DNA from: Pseudomonas phage AAT-1
Reading direction: 5' to 3' (one strand)
DNA: 57,599 nucleotides
Sequence record: NC_073038.1
Numbering within the stretch: position 1 is the stretch's first letter; the number at the start of each line of letters is the position of its first letter. The notes under the pieces were generated by a model. That model was not told where the DNA came from and did not search any database. It worked only from the letters and a program-made list of their open reading frames with translations. Positions 54,042 to 57,599 of the stretch are shown one piece after another. The translations under genes and the position numbers were made by a program.

Positions 54042-54069
54042 GAGGGCGCTTCGGCGCCCTCTTCTTTTT
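54042..54069 (+). terminator. Rho-independent terminator after primase
   Basis: gagggcgc-ttcg-gcgccctc followed by ttctttttg. Confidence 0.7.
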
Positions 54070-54099
54070 GCGCCGAGCTCGGCCACGGTCGTGCGAGGT

Positions 54100-54440
54100 C
54101 GAGGGACACGATCTAGGCCTTGGAAGGTCCAGATGCCCTAGATTGGGTTGGTCTGCTGGAGGAGCGTCTAGGACTAACGGGCCCTCAAACAGGCCAGGCT
54201 CAGACCAGGCTCAGCTAGAAAAAGCATTGCAGATCAAGGCCTTGTGCTCAGTCTGAGGCTGAAACGGACTCGACGAGCCTTTTGCGCTGTGTTGTCCCAG
54301 GAAAACGAAAAACGACATATTTTGACGACAAGAAAGCACGACAGCAACTCGGTCCAGATGGCTTAGATGCCTTAGATTGCTTATTTAAGTTATTGATTTT
54401 ATTGTACTTTTTAATCTAAACCTTAATCTAAACCTATAAA
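54100..54440. promoter_or_regulatory. Regulatory region B (motif-rich, AT-rich 3' part), homologous to region A
   Basis: GGTCCAGATGCCCTAGAT at 54109. A block at 54262-54300 is about 85% identical to the reverse complement of 14351-14392. GGTCCAGATGGCTTAGATGCCTTAGATTG at 54350. TAATCTAAACCTTAATCTAAACC at 54408. Confidence 0.5.
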
Positions 54441-54573
54441 TAAGGGTTTATACTGAATGGATTTTTCGGTTTTCCCAGCAAATATAGGCATGACGGTCGT
54501 GAAGGTCATGATGACTGTGACGGCCGGCGGGGCCTGGTTGCGGGGTAGGCGGTTCCCCTCAGAAGGGCGGCCG

Positions 54574-54622
54574 GTGGCCGACTCCGGCAGACCGTGGCCG
54601 ACTCCGGCAGACCGTGGCCGAG
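54574..54622 (+). repeat. Tandem 20-bp direct repeat (gtggccgactccggcagacc x2.4)
   Basis: Perfect copies seen directly. Related CGTGGCCGAC repeats occur at 14326-14348. Confidence 0.85.
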
Positions 54623-54794
54623 CGCGAGCCCCTCATAAGCAGCTCGTCTGCGTCCAAAATCCGTCGCCGGTCAGTCCCGGAGGGTTCGTGCGCGAAGGAA
54701 CGAGGGGCGGCCTCACCATCGCCGCTGGCTTACTCCTCAGGTCGGGCGCGGCACCATCGCGAGGATTCAGACCAACATGAGAAGGAGGTCCCCA

Positions 54795-55400
54795 GTGACC
54801 ACCAAGAATATGACGGACGACCAGCGGCTCTTCCTTCACGAGCGGGGCCCGGTGTCGGAGCTCGAGCTCGTGGAGTGGGAGCTGGACGGCCTCACTGCCC
54901 AGGAGCGCATGTCCCTGGAGCGCCGCCGGCTCTTCCTCCGCGCCTTCGCCTCGCGGGGCATTGTCCTCGAGGGCTGCCGGGCGGCGGGCGTGTCCCGCGA
55001 CGCCGTCTACCACTGGCGCGAGACGTCCGAGTGGTTCGAGACCCTCTACCAGATCGCTGTGGAGGAGGCTGCAGACCGCATCGAGGCTGAGGCTATCCGC
55101 CGCGCCGTGGATGGCTATGACGAGCCGGTCATCTACCAGGGCATGCCGACCCTTGTCACTGACCCGAACACGGGCGAGCAGCGTCAGCTGACGGTGCGCA
55201 AGTACAGCGACGCCCTGATGGCTCTGGTGCTCAAGGGTGCCCGTCCTGAGAAGTACCGCGAGAACCACAAGGTGGAAGTCGAGGGCGGCGCCACGGGTGT
55301 CCTGGTGGTGCCCGGTGTCATCGACCCGAAGGCGTGGGCAGAGGCGGCGCGCGAGCAGCAGGCCAAGTACGCGGGGAACGAGGGCGAGCCCTCGAGCTGA
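54795..55400 (+). CDS. Terminase small subunit (putative)
   Basis: GTG start 6 nt after a GAAGGAGG SD. HTH-like GCRAAGVSRDAVYHWRETSEWF. Position upstream of HNH and TerL. Confidence 0.55.
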   Translation: MTTKNMTDDQRLFLHERGPVSELELVEWELDGLTAQERMSLERRRLFLRAFASRGIVLEGCRAAGVSRDAVYHWRETSEWFETLYQIAVEEAADRIEAEAIRRAVDGYDEPVIYQGMPTLVTDPNTGEQRQLTVRKYSDALMALVLKGARPEKYRENHKVEVEGGATGVLVVPGVIDPKAWAEAAREQQAKYAGNEGEPSS

Positions 55401-55442
55401 CGCGCGGCACAATCTACACGACATCAACTAGGAGGAGCGGGC

Positions 55443-55697
55443 ATGCAGGCAGAGCACCACCCCGACCCGGTAGACCGCGCGTCGGCCGAGGCGGACGCGG
55501 CGACGGAGGACGCCCTGGCGCGTCAGGCTGGCGCCCACCAGCAGTACATGGGCAAGTGGCGGCCAGTCCTGGACCACGACACTGGCGAGCCGACCGGTGA
55601 GTGCGCCTGTGGCTGCGGTCGCGATGTGGACCCACGCCGGGTCGCCCTGGGCTACGGCCTGGCGATCGAGTGCGCAGAACGAATCCAGCGGAGATAG
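55443..55697 (+). CDS. Hypothetical protein
   Basis: 84 aa with a CACGCG Cys pair. AGGAGG SD. Confidence 0.4.
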   Translation: MQAEHHPDPVDRASAEADAATEDALARQAGAHQQYMGKWRPVLDHDTGEPTGECACGCGRDVDPRRVALGYGLAIECAERIQRR

Positions 55698-55702
55698 GCG
55701 AC

Positions 55703-56026
55703 ATGGGCGACAAGAAGTGCACCGCGTGCGGGGGCTCGGGCCACACGGCCGCGAACTGCCCCTGGTTCAAGGACTACGCGCTGACCGACGGCTTCAAGCT
55801 GGCGGTGCAGCGCATTGCCCGCACTGGCTGCTGGCACTGGCGTGGCGGGCGTGACGTGAAGACGGGCGAGCCGCGCTGCCACCGCAAGGGCAAGCGCGTC
55901 CGCGCAGCCCTGGTGGCGTGGGAGGCGGTGCACGGCGCCCTGCCGGTCGGGCAGCGCCTGGTCCGTGCCTGCGGCGACTCCACCTGCGTCAACCCGGCCC
56001 ACCACTTCCACGAGGCTGTGGCATGA
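55703..56026 (+). CDS. HNH endonuclease (terminase-associated)
   Basis: CTACGGSGHTAANC zinc knuckle and VRACGDSTCVNPAHH HNH core. Adjacent to the terminase, as in cos-type phages. Confidence 0.65.
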   Translation: MGDKKCTACGGSGHTAANCPWFKDYALTDGFKLAVQRIARTGCWHWRGGRDVKTGEPRCHRKGKRVRAALVAWEAVHGALPVGQRLVRACGDSTCVNPAHHFHEAVA

Positions 56027-56120
56027 TACGCGCCCTGCTGGAGGTAATGGCGGTAGCCGTCGCGATCAACGCGGCCGGCCTGGGGCTGACCTGGGCCGTC
56101 CTCTGCGCGTGGGGGTACCC

Positions 56121-57599
56121 GTGAAAAAGCCGCCGCCATGGGAGCTCAAGAAGCTCCGCGCTGCCGTGGAGCGCGAGCGCCCGCAGGTCAAGGCCTGGAT
56201 CGCCCAGGCCGGCAGCCAGGTCCTGTTCCTGTCCAGCCCCGTGTTCGAGACCCTCTACGAGGGAACCCGTGGCCCGGGCAAGACAGATGCGCTGCTGGCC
56301 GACTTTGTCCAGCACGTCGGGCAGGGCTACGGCGCTGCCTGGCGTGGCATCCTGTTCCGCTCCACCTACAAGCAGCTCTCCGACGTGGTGGCGAAGTCCA
56401 AGGCCTGGTTCAAGCTGTGGTTCCCCGGCGCCAAGTTCAACGAGCAGGACTACGTGTGGACCTTCCCGGACGGGGCCCAGCTCCTGCTCCGGTACATGTC
56501 GAAGCCCTCGGACTACGACAACTACCACGGCCACGCGTACCCGTGGATTGGCTGGGAGGAGCTCACGAACTGGGCCACCAGCGAGATGTACCTCAAGATG
56601 TTCTCGTGCTGCCGCTCCACCGTGCCGGGCATGCCCCGCAAGGTGCGTGCCACCACGAACCCGTACGGCAAGGGCCACAACTGGGTCAAGCTCCGCTGGC
56701 AGCTGCCGCAGATGCGCGGCCGGATCATCAGGACCCCCGGTGAGCCGGACCGCGTGGCGATCCACGGGCACATCAGCGAGAACCGCATCCTGCTGGACGC
56801 GGACCCCGAGTACATCTCCCGCATCCGCGCCGCGGCCTCGAACCCGGCGCAGATCGCGGCCTGGCTCGACGGCTCCTGGGACATCACCAGTGGCGGCATG
56901 TTCGACGACCTCTGGCAGACGACGGTCCACTGCGTGCCACACTTCCAGGTGCCCAGGTCCTGGACGGTGGACAGGTCCTTCGACTGGGGCTCCTCCAGGC
57001 CCTTCTCGGTCGGCTGGTGGGCGGAGTCCGACGGCACCGACCTGGTCCTGCCCAGCGGGCGCAAGATCAGCACGGTGCGCGGCGACCTGTTCCGCATCGG
57101 CGAGTGGTACGGATGCAAGAAGGGCACGGAGAACGAGGGCCTGCGGATGCTGGCGGCCGACATCGCCGAGGGGATCAAGTTCCGCGAGGTGGCCATGGGC
57201 CTGGCGGGTCGGGTCAAGCCGGGGCCGGCGGACTCCTCCATCTTTGACGAGGAGAACGGCAACTGCATCGCCAAGGACATGCAGGCGAAGGGCGTGCGCT
57301 GGGAGAAGGCGGACAAGGGCCCCGGCTCCCGGAAGCAGGGCTGGCAGCAGCTGCGCAAGCTGCTCAAGGGCGCGCTCAACCAGGACGAGGAGGGCAACCC
57401 GGTCGCCGGGCCCAGGGAGAAGCCAGGCCTGTTCGTCGTGGCCGAGCGCTGCCCCGACTTCGTGAGGACCTTCGTGCCCATACCGCGGGACGAGAAGGAC
57501 CCGGACGACGTGGACAGTGACGTCGAGGACCACATTGCCGACGAGGCGCGCTACCGCGGGCGGTTCAAGCGCAAGGAGGTGAGGCAGGGCAGCTTCTGA
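56121..57599 (+). CDS. Terminase large subunit
   Basis: GTG start. Walker A GTRGPGKT near the N-terminus. C-terminal nuclease-like region. Ends at the TGA at the window end. Confidence 0.75.
   Translation: MKKPPPWELKKLRAAVERERPQVKAWIAQAGSQVLFLSSPVFETLYEGTRGPGKTDALLADFVQHVGQGYGAAWRGILFRSTYKQLSDVVAKSKAWFKLWFPGAKFNEQDYVWTFPDGAQLLLRYMSKPSDYDNYHGHAYPWIGWEELTNWATSEMYLKMFSCCRSTVPGMPRKVRATTNPYGKGHNWVKLRWQLPQMRGRIIRTPGEPDRVAIHGHISENRILLDADPEYISRIRAAASNPAQIAAWLDGSWDITSGGMFDDLWQTTVHCVPHFQVPRSWTVDRSFDWGSSRPFSVGWWAESDGTDLVLPSGRKISTVRGDLFRIGEWYGCKKGTENEGLRMLAADIAEGIKFREVAMGLAGRVKPGPADSSIFDEENGNCIAKDMQAKGVRWEKADKGPGSRKQGWQQLRKLLKGALNQDEEGNPVAGPREKPGLFVVAERCPDFVRTFVPIPRDEKDPDDVDSDVEDHIADEARYRGRFKRKEVRQGSF

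Noticed and set aside
54457-54780. 107-aa ORF in the intergenic region upstream of TerS
   Set aside because: No SD, Arg/Gly/Pro-rich composition, and it spans the tandem repeat and palindromic regulatory sequence. Treated as non-coding.
1-57599. CRISPR arrays, tRNA/tmRNA genes, integrase/attachment sites
   Set aside because: No regularly spaced direct repeats, no cloverleaf-like conserved tRNA features spotted in intergenic regions, and no recombinase-like ORF. Absence judged by eye only and should be confirmed with tRNAscan-SE/ARAGORN/CRISPRCasFinder.

Overview
High-GC (about 65%) window that reads as a nearly complete tailed phage or prophage genome of about 57 kb, of lambda-like/GTA-like siphovirus type. 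The linear window opens mid-genome: the terminase genes (TerS, HNH, TerL) are at the right end (54.8-57.6 kb), and a class II RNR, a split hypothetical gene, an ATP-dependent ligase, the portal and the MuF gene are at the left end. This fits circular permutation or wrap-around. Rightward (+) modules are head (DUF4055 portal, MuF-like minor head protein fused to an ADP-ribosyltransferase, scaffold, HK97-type capsid), head-tail joining, tail (major tail, G/GT -1 frameshift chaperones, tape measure, paralogous minor tail proteins, gpL-like Fe-S tip protein, gpJ-like tip, DUF2793 fibre), lysis (holin candidate, M15 endolysin, overlapped i/o-spanins), RHH regulator plus PrimPol/SF3 primase-helicase, and terminase. 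Leftward (-) modules are (i) a 6-gene accessory operon (NADAR plus unknowns) inserted between scaffold and capsid genes, and (ii) a 19-kb early region (32.1-51.3 kb). That early region has a replication set (DUF2800 Cas4-like nuclease, DUF2815 SSB, PolA, SNF2 helicase, HIRAN, VRR-NUC), a nucleotide-metabolism set (DHFR, dCMP deaminase, thymidylate-synthase homologue carrying Asp at the Asn177 specificity position, MazG-like NTPase), DUF4326, an Stf0-like sulfotransferase fold protein and many small ORFs. Non-coding structure is rich. A conserved about 45-bp promoter-like element occurs 4 times, always driving leftward operons. Two about 300-bp AT-rich regulatory regions 40 kb apart share four motif classes. 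There are several intrinsic terminators and tandem repeats. No tRNA, CRISPR, integrase or repressor was recognised. Most opposite-strand ORFs in the supplied track are GC-driven artefacts.
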